Shown here piece after piece: positions 23,421 through 35,617 of a DNA stretch of 64,000 bases; positions within the stretch are counted from its first letter, which is position 1, and each line of letters starts with the position of its first letter. Source of the stretch: Octopus vulgaris (Eukaryota). The stretch spans positions 6,882,001 to 6,946,000 of the forward strand of contig OX597815.1 in NCBI GenBank assembly GCA_951406725.2, given 5' to 3'. A model generated the notes under the pieces. It worked only from the letters and a program-made list of their open reading frames with translations. It had not been told where the DNA came from and did not search any database. Made by a program: the position numbers and the translations under genes.

Positions 23421-25133
23421 CTGTAATATAAAAGTGGAGATTCAGGTGAGGTCAGGTGTGAGGGGCATGAGCTGTTGAGGTACTCTTGGGTCCTCCCAGG
23501 CAGCCTGTTGAACAGGGTCCCAGTCAGTCCCCATGTGCACAAAATACCTCCTCATCTGCCGTGATCATTTGGCATGTGGTCGACCGACACAAGCCGTCAG
23601 CCCAGCTGGTGGCTCAGTGAAGAGAACACAGTAAGCAGGGGCAAAATCAGAAAATTGACCAACATGGCCAAATGGTCTCTGAGCTGGCGTCCGTCTGAGT
23701 AGAGTCGGCGGTTGGATATGGAATCTGAAGAATGGTAACTCATAAGCCTGTGAAACATCCTTGTACCAAAGGAGTTCAGGCAGTTCCTAAGGGTCCCAGA
23801 CAGTGTCCAAGTCTCACAACTAAAGAGCAGGACAGGGATGGAGAAACAAAAATGCCAAAGGGTTAATTAAGAAACATTCTTTGCAAACCCATTTGTTAGG
23901 ATATTATACAATAAATTCTTTTGAAAGTCATCCGCACCATCCGAACGTGGCTGTTGCCAGCGCCACCCCGACTGGCCTGTGCCGGTGGCACGTAAAAAGC
24001 ACCATCCGATCGTGGTCGTTTGCCATCCTCGTCTGGCCCCCGTGCCGGTGGCACGTAAAAGCACCCACTACACTCACGGAGTGGTTGGCGTTAGGAAGGG
24101 CATCCAGCCGTAGAAACATTGCCAGATCAGACTGGAGCCTGGTGCAGCCTCCTGGCTTCCCAGACCCCAGTTGAACCATCCAACTCATGCTAGCATGGAA
24201 AGCGAGCGCTAAACGATGATGATGATGATATTATTGGGAAAACTGTTTCGGTTGAACAGCAGAGATGAGATTGAAGTTATTATTTGTCAATCATGATATA
24301 AGAGAAATTTTAAAAGATCCCAAAGAAGCAGTTTTTATGGTTTTTGTCTATGTCTGTAATGTAGCAATCATAAGAGAAACTGGCAACTCAGTTTGATGTT
24401 ATTAAATATTGTGGCAAGACTACAGCAGCCTTTGAAGGGAATAGATGGGACCACTACATATAAACAGTAGCGGTCTGATGTAGTGGGCAGTTTGTAGTTT
24501 GGTCTTTGAAGTCAAGGTACAGTTTACAGTTCAAGCTAGTCTGTTGGAAATATTGATTGTTGGTTCTTTGCGTGTCTGTTACTGCCATTGTTTCTATTTT
24601 GTATTGTTATAACACTGTTACAGTGAATTCTTTATCTATTGTCGACAATATGAACCGTACCACAATATTGGAGGCATAAGGATCATCATCATCGTTTAAT
24701 GTCCGTTTTCCATGCTAGCATGGGTTGGACGGTTCAACCGGGGTCTGGGAAGCCAGGAGGCTGCGCCAGGCCCAGTCTGATCTGGCAGTGTTTCTACAGG
24801 TGGTTGCCCTTCCTAACGCCAACCACTCTGTGAGTGTAGTGGGTGCTTTTTACATGCCAGAGGAGGCTGATAACAGCCACGATCGGTTGGTGCATTTTAC
24901 GTGCCACCGGCACAGAAGCCGGCCAAGGTGCCGCTGGCATCGACCACACATGGAAGGTGCTTTTCATGTGCCACCAACACAGGTGCCAGGGGAGGCTGGC
25001 AACGGCCATGTTCGGCTGGTGGTTTTTACGTGCCACCGATACGGAAGCCAGTCAAGGCAGCGCTGGCATCGGTCACATATAACATTAAAACACTGAAAAT
25101 AAAAAGAGTCAATTATCAACAGAAGCTACTTAC

Positions 25134-25307
25134 TATTCTGCTGAGGTGCCAAGTTTTCAAATGTCTCCTTCCCAGCCCTGTTTTTTGGGCAGTTTTTGTA
25201 AGTGTCTGCCTCAGAGAGGAGTCGTTTATTGCGACTCATTGCTAGATTAAGGTCAGATTCTAAATTCTTCATCTGCTTCTCAAAACTTCTCAAAGCAGTC
25301 ATTAAAG
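25134..25307 (-). CDS. Module 2, exon C2 ((A)LMTALRSFEKQMKNLESDLNLAMSRNKRLLSEADTYK...NLAPQQN)
   Basis: ctttccAG / GTAAGT, phase 1->1, open; clear paralog of C1. Confidence 0.82.
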
Positions 25308-25348
25308 CTGGAAAGATATCAACAAAATACAAAATATACCTGTAAAAT

Positions 25349-25822
25349 CAGTTGTTCTCAACAAGGGTCCATGTAAAAGTTTGCTGTTAAAATTTATCTG
25401 CAATAAATGGCTGATACTTCGACAAGACACAAAATATTTCAACACTTATTTTATACAATTTCTAAAGGTATTTAATTATAAAGCAGCGAGCTGGCAGAAA
25501 CGTTAGCATGCCAGGCGAAATGTGTAGCTGTATTTCATCTGACATTACGTTCTGAGTTCAAATTCCACCAAGGTCGACTTTGCCTTTCATCCTTTCAGGG
25601 TCGATAAATTAAGTACCAGTTACGCACTGGGGTCGATGTAATCGACTTAATCCGTTTGTCCTTGTTTGTCCCCTCTGTGTTTAGCCCCTTGTGGGTAGTA
25701 AAGAAATAGGTATTTAATTATGAAGATGTGATAGGATTTTTTTAAACATCCAAAAGCACTGAAAAGGAGAGTAAAACAGAGATCTAAGGGATTGACAGGT
25801 AAAAATTGGTTGAGAAACACTG
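25349..25822. mobile_element. hAT-type MITE with nested tRNA-SINE (25480-25707)
   Basis: CAGTTGTTCTCAAC ... GTTGAGAAACACTG TIRs; SINE flanked by AGGTATTTAATTAT duplication. Confidence 0.7.
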
Positions 25823-25942
25823 GTTTCTATATAATTATGATGATTAAAAATGACTAACAGGTATTTTAAGTCTCATACTGTAACAGAGACAGTGTATGTG
25901 TGTGTATATATTAATGTAATACAATGATGAAGAACTATTTAC

Positions 25943-26099
25943 CTTGCGTTTTAGGTTTAGGAAAACCGTAGACTGGTCTATCAGAAGGTTGCTGAGAATC
26001 ACTGGTCAGAGGCAGCTTCCTGTAAGAACCGGTACTTATGTCATCAAATATCTGCTCTGAATCAGGTTGAAGATCAGAACTGTCAGAGAGGTTAGCCAT
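25943..26099 (-). CDS. Module 2, exon B2 (MANLSDSSDLQPDSEQIFDDISTGSYRKLPLTSDSQQPSDRPVYGFPKPKTQ)
   Basis: tctttggtacAG / GTAAAT, phase 0->1; shares QIFD.ISTGSY.KLP...SD.PVY.F with B1. Confidence 0.82.
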
Positions 26100-26119
26100 C
26101 TGTACCAAAGAAAATGGAA

Positions 26120-26500
26120 ACAATATAGTAAAGAGTGCTTCACAAAGATTGGTCCAGAAAATTCTACAGACTCCAAAAAAAAAACTACTAAACACCTACA
26201 AATCTCAAATGAGACCCAAAATGAAGAATGGATACTAAGTCAGGCACAGAAGCTATAAAAACATCCAGACATCCTAGAACACATCCAAAGAAGGTCATAT
26301 AAGTTATAGGCAAGAGATCACTCACCAAAACGTCCCAACCTCTGAACCACAGAACTACTGTGTCCCCTCTCCCTTCCTCCAACACTCTTTTGTACCAATA
26401 CTACACTGACTACTACCTGGCTTCTGACTAATCAGGCACCGAAGACTCTCTCACCTCTCCAACTATGGAGTGTCAATACACCAAGATCCTGCACTATTCA
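26120..26500 (+). mobile_element. Old CR1/L2-group LINE fragment abutting the B-exon acceptor (also 34110-34290, 42690-42940)
   Basis: Degenerate ASQRL..ARKFF..YKS..RPK.EY.SHIW.GA..LD.IQ.R frame, in the same position next to three B exons. Confidence 0.6.
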
Positions 26501-26506
26501 TTCCAC

Positions 26507-26759
26507 ACCATATGCCCGTGGGCTTATGGCGTAGTGGTTAAGAGCGCAGGCTACTAACCCCAAGATTCTGAGTTCGATTCCAAGCAGTGACCTGAACAAC
26601 AATAATAATAATAACAACATCGAAGAATACCTTAGGAATGAGAACCCAGGTTCGAAATTTCCCCAAGACACCTGATGAAGTCTGGAGGGTATATCAGCCG
26701 AAACGTTGTGTTAACAACAAACAAGATGGGAACAAATATCCGTCAAATGTAAATAATGT
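26507..26759 (+). mobile_element. tRNA/hammerhead element, copy 4 (best preserved)
   Basis: A box TGGCGTAGTGG 26527-26537, B box GAGTTCGATTCC 26570-26581, (AAT)n spacer, HHR 26667-26712; flanked by CATTCCAC direct repeats (26499-26506, 26760-26767). Confidence 0.85.
26667..26712 (+). ncRNA. Minimal type I hammerhead ribozyme motif (Penelope-like)
   Basis: GACAC-CUGAUGA-A-GUCUG(GAGGGUAUAU)CAGCC-GAA-ACGU-U^-GUGUU: stem I GACAC/GUGUU, both core boxes, palindromic ACGU in place of stem III; stem II is GGCUG/CAGCC in copy 1. Confidence 0.75.
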
Positions 26760-27974
26760 CATTCCACCCTGTTCTTCTTTACCAGAATGTTGGTTCTCAA
26801 GGATTCCATCCGTCATCTTGGTTTAACTGTAGACATTGATGTTCAAGAGGACTGTTAACCATGTTGATGGCACCAGTATGAGAGCATCCACAGAAACACG
26901 TCTACAGTTCCTCCCTCCAACATTCACGACAATTCCATGACATGACCATATCAGCAATGAATTCCACAGTAATTCTGTAATTCACAGAACTTTGGACACT
27001 AAACTTTGTTTGCGAAGACTTGTTGAGGCAAGTGAAATCTAAATCAAATTCGACGACTGGCATCCGTGCAAGTGGAGCGCTAAGAGTAACATACGAGCGA
27101 GATCGTTACCAGAGCAACAAGCTGGCCTCCATGCCGATGGCACGTTAAACACACCATTCAAGCGTGATCGTTACCTGTGTCGCCTTACTGGCACTTGTGC
27201 TGGTGGCACGTGAAAAAACATTCAGGCGAGGTCGGTGCCAGTATAATGATTTTTAAGGTATTATTTCCTTTTCTCTCTCTTTCCATTCTCGTTTTCTTTC
27301 CCCTGTGTACTTACAATTTTCCTCTCACACTCACAGCCTCAGTTTCTTGCCACATTCTCCATTTCTCTCAAACACTTTTATTCAAACTTTTCCATTAAAA
27401 GTAATTACAAAGTCTTACTTTGAGACACATGACATCAGTGCCCTGCGAGTGAATTCACTTGATGTGGAAACTGTGTGGAAGCCTGTTAGGTGGATTGTAC
27501 CTCTAACTCAAAGGCCAAGATTGTTTACACACTGATACTGAATCTGTCTGAGGACCATGTTAAGGGGTCACATGTCTGTGGGATACACAGCCATTTAGGT
27601 AATCAGTCAATGTGTAGGTTTCCCAATTGAAGGAACAACTGGAATGACCACCAAAACTGATGTATTGTGGGGGTGGGGTCTGTCTAATCTTTTTTTATCA
27701 AACTCTACCACAGCAAACAAATGATGTGGTAGGATTTGAACTCACAAACTACTCCACTACATTATCTTCTAACTATTGGAAACTGAAAAGAATTATAAAA
27801 TGGTGTTATGTGGAGACCCTGAATGTATCAAAATGCCTGAGTGAACCTAAGCAGAGTCTGCAACTTCTTGTGTACCATCAAATTAACAGCATCCAGGCTT
27901 CAGCCCCAGCTTATCTCAATTGTCATGATATTGTCCAAGATAACACCTGTGCTGGTGGCACATAAAGAGCATCC

Positions 27975-28170
27975 TTTAAACGTTGGGCCTCACAGAGGCA
28001 AAGAAGCTGAGTTCCTCTTGAGCATTGGGCCTCACGGAGGAAAAGTAGCTGACTTGCTTTTGAGTGTTGGGCCACACGGAGGTGAGGTGGCTGAGTTCCT
28101 TTCAAGCGTTGGGCCTCACAAAGGCAAAGCAGTTGAGTTCCTTTCAAGTGTTGGGCCTCACAGAGGCAAT
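27975..28170 (+). repeat. 39-bp minisatellite, about 5 units, inside an RTE 3' UTR
   Basis: GTTGGGCCTCACRGAGGCAAAG..GCTGAGTTCCTTT units; creates the spurious 186-aa ORF. Confidence 0.85.
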
Positions 28171-28587
28171 GACCAAGACCTTTGGCATTATGTCATGCTT
28201 GAGAAGAAGACCCATCAAGCTGAGCAAAATCACGGTCATGGCAGATACCAGCGTCATGCAAATTGGCACCCGTGTCGGTGGCACGTAAACACACCCTGGT
28301 GTCACCAAAAGCACATGTGCCAGTGGCATGTAAGAGCACCCATTACACTCTCAGAGTGGTTGGCGTTAGGAAGGGCAACCAGCCATAGAAAACTATGCTA
28401 AATCAGGCTGGAGTCTGGTGAGCCTTCCACCGTGGCAGCCCGGTCAAACCGTCCAATGGACATTAAATGACGATGATGATAAATACTAATTGACTGAGTT
28501 GATTGAGAGCGGTTTGTTCCGTTCTCCAAAAGAAAACTCCGGGAAATGATTTAAGTAGAGAAATTACTAAATTAATAAAATACTTAC

Positions 28588-28634
28588 TTCAACCTGTTTA
28601 GCAGCAATCACTGATGACATCTTTTGCTGAGGTT
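28588..28634 (-). CDS. Linker exon A2 ((E)PQQKMSSVIAAKQVE)
   Basis: ttttttattgcAG / GTAAGT, phase 1->0; paralog of A1. Confidence 0.75.
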
Positions 28635-29443
28635 CTGCAATAAAAAAGGATTCCATTCTTAAAAAAATACTGGCTCTCAACGATTCATATCCAGACATTC
28701 AAGACCCATCACATTCATAGGAATCATGGAAAAAATGGGATTAAAGCAATGTTTCTGGACACAGGTTTGGTTGTGTGGTGGACAAATTTACTTTGCTATC
28801 ATGGAGTTCAAGTTCAATCCCATTGTAGGACATCTCCAGGAAATGTCTTTTACAAAATTATTTGGGAGCGTAAGGAGACATAAATACTCATTACTTTCAA
28901 GAAAAAACTGCCTTATTTAGTGAGGTAGGGAGTAAACAATGTTCTTCTAAAAACCAACCCCAATAGAAAGGCATCCATTTTGTAGACAGATGACAAAAGG
29001 AGGAGAATGTTGAAGTAATGAATTTAAATGTTGAATCATTCTTGCTGTCATCGTCCTAATCAACATTGGTTTAGATGATGATGATGATGATGATGATAAA
29101 ATGATTAGAGCAAAAATGATTTAACATTTAAATTCATTACTTCAAAAGGAGGAGGATGTTGAGCGTGGCCGTTGCCAGTACCGCCTGACTGGCCCCCATG
29201 CCAGTGGCACGTAAAAAGCACCCACTACACTCTCAGAGTGGTTGGCGTTAGGAAGGGCATCCAGCTGTGGAAACTCTGCCAGATCAGATAGGAGTTTGGT
29301 GCAGCTATTTGGTTCGCCAGCCCTCAGTGAAACCGTCCAACCCATGCCAGCATGGAAAGCAGACGTTAAACGATGATGATGATGATGATGACACACATGC
29401 ATTTATATAAATGAAAGGCAATCATCAATATATATCTTATTAC

Positions 29444-29491
29444 CTTGAGGATGGGTCAATCTTTGAACTGTTGTTTCATTCTTTGGCTTGT
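29444..29491 (-). pseudogene. Truncated extra copy of a C-type exon (…KPKNETTVQRLTHPQ), donor intact
   Basis: 3' end matches C1/C3 (TT..RLTHPQ-G|GTAATA); upstream part is replaced by repeat sequence, with an in-frame TGA and no usable acceptor. Confidence 0.7.
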
Positions 29492-31537
29492 TTCATTTTT
29501 CCCCTTTCTTTCCTTTTCTAGTTTCTGCTAAAGAGCTGTGGCCCCGCTATTTGCTTTGCTATACTTTCATTAAACCTCCTCTAATGTGTGGCATTTGATG
29601 AATGAGGGAGTTTGATGCTGCTGCCCTCATCCGTGTTTCTTGCTGCAAGGTAGGTCCACCCGGAACTCTTGACAAAAGGAGATCCAGTTTTGTTGCGAAG
29701 ATGCCTACATCTACCCCATGTAGGTCCCTCAGGCTTTGTGGAAGGATACCGAAGAGCTATAGGCCCTTGAAGCCCAAACTGTTGCAGTACCTGGGCCTGT
29801 ATCCCAATAGCAATGCTAGAATTTTTGGTATCATGCACTGGCGCCTCGTTCTACTGTTTGTGCAACTGACACTGCCAAAGTTTGGTACAAGTTCCAAGAT
29901 TTTTCCAGATGTATATTACTGCGTATCTTTCCTGCCTTTGTTCTAGGGAGTAGAGTCGTAACTTTTTCAGTCTCTCCCGGTAGCTGACATGTAGCACTGA
30001 GACAATCTTCTTCATGTAGCTTTGCTCGATTGCTTGGAGTTCATGGAAATTTTTACACTTATATCCATTTATCAGATCAAAATTACAGAGAATATTCCGT
30101 TATCCAAAGTCTCATTCGGTTATACACAAATGTATAAATCATGGTTTTTTGAATAATGAAAGCCTTATGTTATTTTCTGTGTCTATGGCAACTTGGTGTC
30201 TATTGTTTATTGTTATATGAAATGAAATCAATATATCGATTTCGTTTATATTGATTTGAATACTAGAAGAAAACTGCAAGTGTGTGTGCATATATATATA
30301 TATATATATATCAGGGGTGACTCCAGGTCGTCAGCATCACTTGGGCTCATCACAGATTTTTCAGAAGACACATGCCTGTTCATACAATTTCACATTTTTC
30401 TGCTTTATTTCTAGCTCCAAATGGCTTTTTTTTTTTTTGTATCTAGCACTATGTCTTTCTCCTTTTCTAAGTTAAGATTTAAAATAAAGCAACCTTGCAA
30501 AACACAATTGATTTTTACACACAGACGCACAGAATAACAGCAATCAAATAACAACAGCAGAGTGCACAATAAACATCAGCGATCTGACTGTCACCGACAA
30601 GAGATGCCAGTTAGTTTTTTACGCCTACCAGGCTCATTCATATTAACCTGAACTGCTGGATAAATTTTCATTCCTTTAAGATTATTGCAGAACACAAACT
30701 TTTCATAGATTGGAATTTAAATATTAATCTCTATAGAAATTTGTTTCAAGAAAGCACCAACCGATCGTGGCCGATGCCAGACTCCCCTGGCACGTAAAAG
30801 CACCCACTACACTCACGGAGTGGTTGGCGTTAGGAAGGGCATCCAGCTGTAGAAACACTGCCAGATCAGACTGGAGCCTGGTGCAGCCCCTGGCTTCCCA
30901 GACCCCGGTCGAACCGTCCAACCCGTGCTAGCGCGGAAAACGGACATTAAACAATGATGATGATGAAAACATTGAATTTGAATTACTTTTAATTTTTACG
31001 GTTATTGAAAACAACTCAGGCTGTAACTTCTGACCCCGAGTCAGGTGTGTGTGAACAATGTTGAGAGAATGTCTGCCTCGAATGATATTTTTTGACACAG
31101 GGCACCTCTAGGACGACCGCCAGATACTGAACGAAAATAAATGAACTGGAACCTGGATCAATAAAAGGAGCTCCAGTTATTGGCTGCTGTTACATACTTG
31201 AAGTGTTGGTAGAAATTATATCAGCTTGCAAATACACGTACACTTTACTAAATTTATACTCAGGCTAAGCCCGAACAGCCTGGGTGACAGTTGCCACTGA
31301 TATATATATATAAATATATATATACATACATATATAGGTCCGGCAGTCGCCATAATAGATCGGTAGCCACTACACACATTTTCTTTCTCTCCTTGTTTTT
31401 TCTGTGTCCCTTTCTGTAGAAGAGAGTAGGCTACAAACGTAAAAGATTTTTTCAATTCCTGAGCGTTATACTAATACATCTGTTTGTTTTCTACACTACC
31501 TGTCTTCATCTTTTGTTTTTTTCATGAACTCTCCCCC

Positions 31538-31568
<31 letters not shown>

Positions 31569-32340
31569 AACATTAACATCCACTTGTCCATGCTCACATT
31601 GGTCACACAGAATTTTCAGCCAAGTACCCACCCTTGTGTGCAAGCAGGGTAAGATTTCCCCACGGGGCCAGAGAGTGTTATATGGAACACTCAAAAGTAG
31701 CAACATCGCTTGTATGACAGTAATGTTCATCTGCAACTATAACATAATGTCAAGACAAGGGTACACACAGTATCATCATCTAACATGTTTTCCATGCTGG
31801 CATGGGTTGGATGCTTTGACAGAAGCTGGCAAACTGGAGAACTGCGCAAGACTCCAGTCATCTGTTTTGGCATTGATTCTACAGCTAGATGCCCTTCCTA
31901 ATGCCGACCACTTTACGGAGTGTACTGGGTGCTTTATACGTGGGACCAGCACAGATGGTTTTAATGTGACACAGCACGGATTCTTTTTACACACCTTTTG
32001 CTTAAAAAAACATCTTCTGAGTGTTGGGTCACACAGAGGCAATGACGAATGACCGAGAACCTTGCCATTATGTCATGCTTGAGAAGAAGACCCACCAAGC
32101 CAAGTAAAATCAAAGTAGCGGCAGATACTGGTGTCACACAAATGGCACCCATGAAAGTGGCACATAAAAATACTCATTACATTCTTGGAGTTGTAGGGGT
32201 TAGAAAGGGCATCCAGCCACAGAAACCATGCCAAATCAGACTGGAGTCTGGTTCAGCCTTCCAGCTTGCCAGTATGGACAACGGACATTAAATGATGATG
32301 ACACAAATGAAAGACAGTTATCAATCAATATGCTTATTAC

Positions 32341-32514
32341 CTTGAGGATGGGTCAATCCTTTGACTGTTGTATCATTTCCTGAATTGTCTTGGGAATAGT
32401 TTCCGTAAGCATCTGGCTCAGAGATGCAGTGTTTACTATGACTCATAGCTTGGCTATGATCAACTTCTTCATTTTCTAAATCTTCCTCAAAGCTTCTCAG
32501 AGCAGCTCGAAATT
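32341..32514 (-). CDS. Module 3, exon C3 ((E)FRAALRSFEEDLENEEVDHSQAMSHSKHCISEPDAY...TTVKGLTHPQ)
   Basis: T-rich tract + cAG / GTAATA, phase 1->1, open; paralog of C1/C2. Confidence 0.8.
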
Positions 32515-34019
32515 CTGAAAAAAAAAAAAGAAGTATATATATATATTCTTTTACTCTTTTACGTGTTTCAGTCATTTCACTGCGGCCATGCTGGAGCACC
32601 GCCTTCAGTCGAGCAAATCGACCCCGGGACTTATTCTTTGTAAGCCTAGTACTTATTCTATCGGTCTCTTTAGCCAAACCGCTAAGTGACGGGGACGTAA
32701 ACACACCAGCATTGGTTGTCAAGCAATGCTAGGGGGACAAACACAGACACACAAACATACATATATACGACAGGCTTCTTTCAGTTTCCATCTACCAAAT
32801 CCACTCACAAGGCATTGGTCTGTCCGGGGCTATAGCAGAAGACACTTGCCCAAGATGCCACGCAGTGGGACTGAACCCAGAACCATGTGGTTGGTTAGCA
32901 AGCTACTTACCACACAGCCACTCCTGCATCTATATATATATATAAGCATGTAAAAGGCACCATTCGAGCATGATCGTTACCAGCGTCACCTTATTGGCAC
33001 ATAAAAACACCATTTGAGCATGGTCATCTTACTGGCCCTCGTACCGGTGGCACGTAAAAGCATTCAGCTGTAGAGAATCTGCCAGATCAAGACTGGAGCC
33101 GGGTGCAGCCATCTGGTTCACCAGTCCTCAGTCAAATTGTCCAACCCATGCTAGCATGGAAAGTGGACATTAAACGATGGTGATGATGTTGCTGTGATTT
33201 AGCCCCAGGAGACATTGTCTCCAGCTGGCTATACGACATGATCTGTGTCCTTATATTTTCAAACAAGGGAATCTAGCACCACTATAAGGACATAGATCAT
33301 GTCGTACAGCCAGCTGGATACGATGTTTCCTGGGGCTAAATTACAGCAACATTCGTCCTAAACCAGGACTGCCATGTTATGTTGGCAAACAATCTTTACT
33401 CCAAAGTACTGTTGCTGAATATCTCTCGTTGTGAGATTTACAAATAGTAATTTTCTAATGATGTTGGTATGTTTATATCCATGTAACTTAGCAGTTCAGT
33501 AAAAGAGACTGACAGAATAAGTACTCATCATCATCATCATCGTTTAACGTCCGCTTTCCATGCTAGCATGGATTGGACGATTTGACTGAGGACTGGCGAA
33601 CCAGATGGCTGCACCAAGCTACAATCTTGATCTGGCAGAGTTTCTACAGCTGGATGCTCTTCCTAACGCCAACCACTCCGAGAGTGTAGTGGGTGCTTTT
33701 TACGTGTCACCGGCATGGGGCCAGTCAGGCAGTACTGGCAATGACCTCGCTCGAATATTTTACACATGCCACCAGCACAGGCGCCAGTAAGGCGATGTTG
33801 GTAATGATCACACTCGAATGGTGCCCTTTTACAAGCCACTGGCACGGAGCCAGTTGGCTGCTCTGGCAACGATTACGCTCGGATGGTGCTCTACTGAGCT
33901 TAAGAAAAAAACCAGATTCAATCAATTCATTCAACTATAAATTCTTCAAAGCATTTCCGAAGCATGGCTGCAGTTTAAAGATTGAAACAGTAGATAAAAG
34001 TTAATGGAACATGGTTTAC

Positions 34020-34089
34020 CTTGTACTTGATTTTCAAGAGAAGCGTCCAAAGGTATTTCAATGCTAGAACTACCTGAAAGACTGGACAT
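34020..34089 (-). CDS. Module 3, exon B3 (MSSLSGSSSIEIPLDASLENQVQ), possible start-codon exon
   Basis: ttttcttcgatacAG|ATG ... CAAG|GTAAAC; same boundaries and flanks as B1/B2, internally shortened. Confidence 0.7.
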
Positions 34090-34644
34090 CTGTATCGAAG
34101 AAAACAAAAAGCAGGATTATTATTTCAACATCAGAATGGCTGCATCACAAAGACTGGTTTATCTTTTCAGAGCCAGAAAATTCTTCAGTCCTCACCAAAC
34201 AATACCAACAATCTAAAAATCTCCGTTGAAACTCAAAATGAAGAGCTGCTTCCACATTTAGGATGGTGTTACGACAACCACACAGACACATTGTCATTTA
34301 ACAACTGTTTTCCAAGTTGGCACAGATAGGAGACAGTTCGATACGATCTGGCAAACCAAAGGACTGCACCAAGTTCCAATGTCTGCTTTGGCAGGGTTTC
34401 TGTGACTGAATGTCCTTCCTAGTGCCAAATACTCAACAGAGTGCACTGGGTGCTTTTTATGTGACACCAGCACAAATGAAGTCACCAAATAGCTTGCAAA
34501 ACAGGATCCCACAATTGAGGCAGGGGTGGGAGGTGGCTTTATGTTTTTAAAAAATGTTTCCTATCAACTAGAATTACATTAAAAATTCAATATGGTAGGC
34601 GGAAACTGAAAGAAGCCTGTCGTATATATGTGTGCGTGTGTGTG

Positions 34645-34701
<57 letters not shown>

Positions 34702-35617
34702 GTGTGTGTGTGTGTGTCTGTGTTTGTCCACCCCAACATTGCTTGACAACCGATGCTGGTGTGTTTACGTCCCAGCAAAAGAGACTGATAGAATAAGTAC
34801 TAGGCTTACAAAGAATAAGTCCTGGGGTCGATTTGCTCAACTAAAGGCGGTGCTCCAGCATGGCCACAGTCAAATGACTGAAACGAGTAAAACTGTATGA
34901 TCAGACATTTAAATTGCCGAACATCTTACAGAATTCGAAACTGATTTTCTTTCTTTCCTTAAATTTTAGAGAAAAGCTTCTCAGGTGGTTTTTTTTTATA
35001 TATGATTCATGTCGCAGCCAACCATATTTAAACTTTCAGCAACAGTTACCTACAATTATATTTTGTGTGAGAAAAGGACGACTTACACACTGCACTGTCT
35101 CCCTTAATACAACACCTCACTCGGATGTGCAAGTTGCATGGTGACCCCACAAGTGTTTGTGCCAGGTAGAAATAAGGTGGTGGGGGAGAGAAATGAAGGA
35201 AATTTCAAATGAAGAAAAATAGCTTTGAAAACAGCTTGAAGCGGGGGCAGGTTGAGCCATCAGTCAATCGGGCACTGCTCGAGGGCCCACACTCTACATG
35301 TTAACTCTACTAAATCAATGCTAAGGCGCCCGGTAAACAGTTGTGCCCGAGGGTTCTTAATACTCTCGGTCCTCCCCTGGCTTGAAGGATCAGGTAAAAT
35401 ACCCTTATAAATGCAAAACAAGGTGGCCAATCCGTAAAGGTATTTTACCTGATTACATAGCTATTCTTCTGCATTCAAGATTTTCTTCATTTCTAAGATA
35501 CCAACTCACTCAGTGCTTCAGGGTTTGTTTATAAAGATGTTCTAACAATCGAAAAAATATAAATACCTATTCATTGAGTTGCATTTATCAACTGTCCTAA
35601 TACACACACACACACAA

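Noticed and set aside
26521-26592. Possible genuine tRNA genes (also 1210, 43005, 61800, 62596)
   Set aside because: A/B boxes are present, but acceptor and T stems do not pair well and each is fused to a dispersed repeat body, so these are SINE heads.
35449-35541. Candidate coding A-type exon between C4 and B3
   Set aside because: It has AG/GT boundaries but stops in the needed frames; at most a 5' UTR exon.
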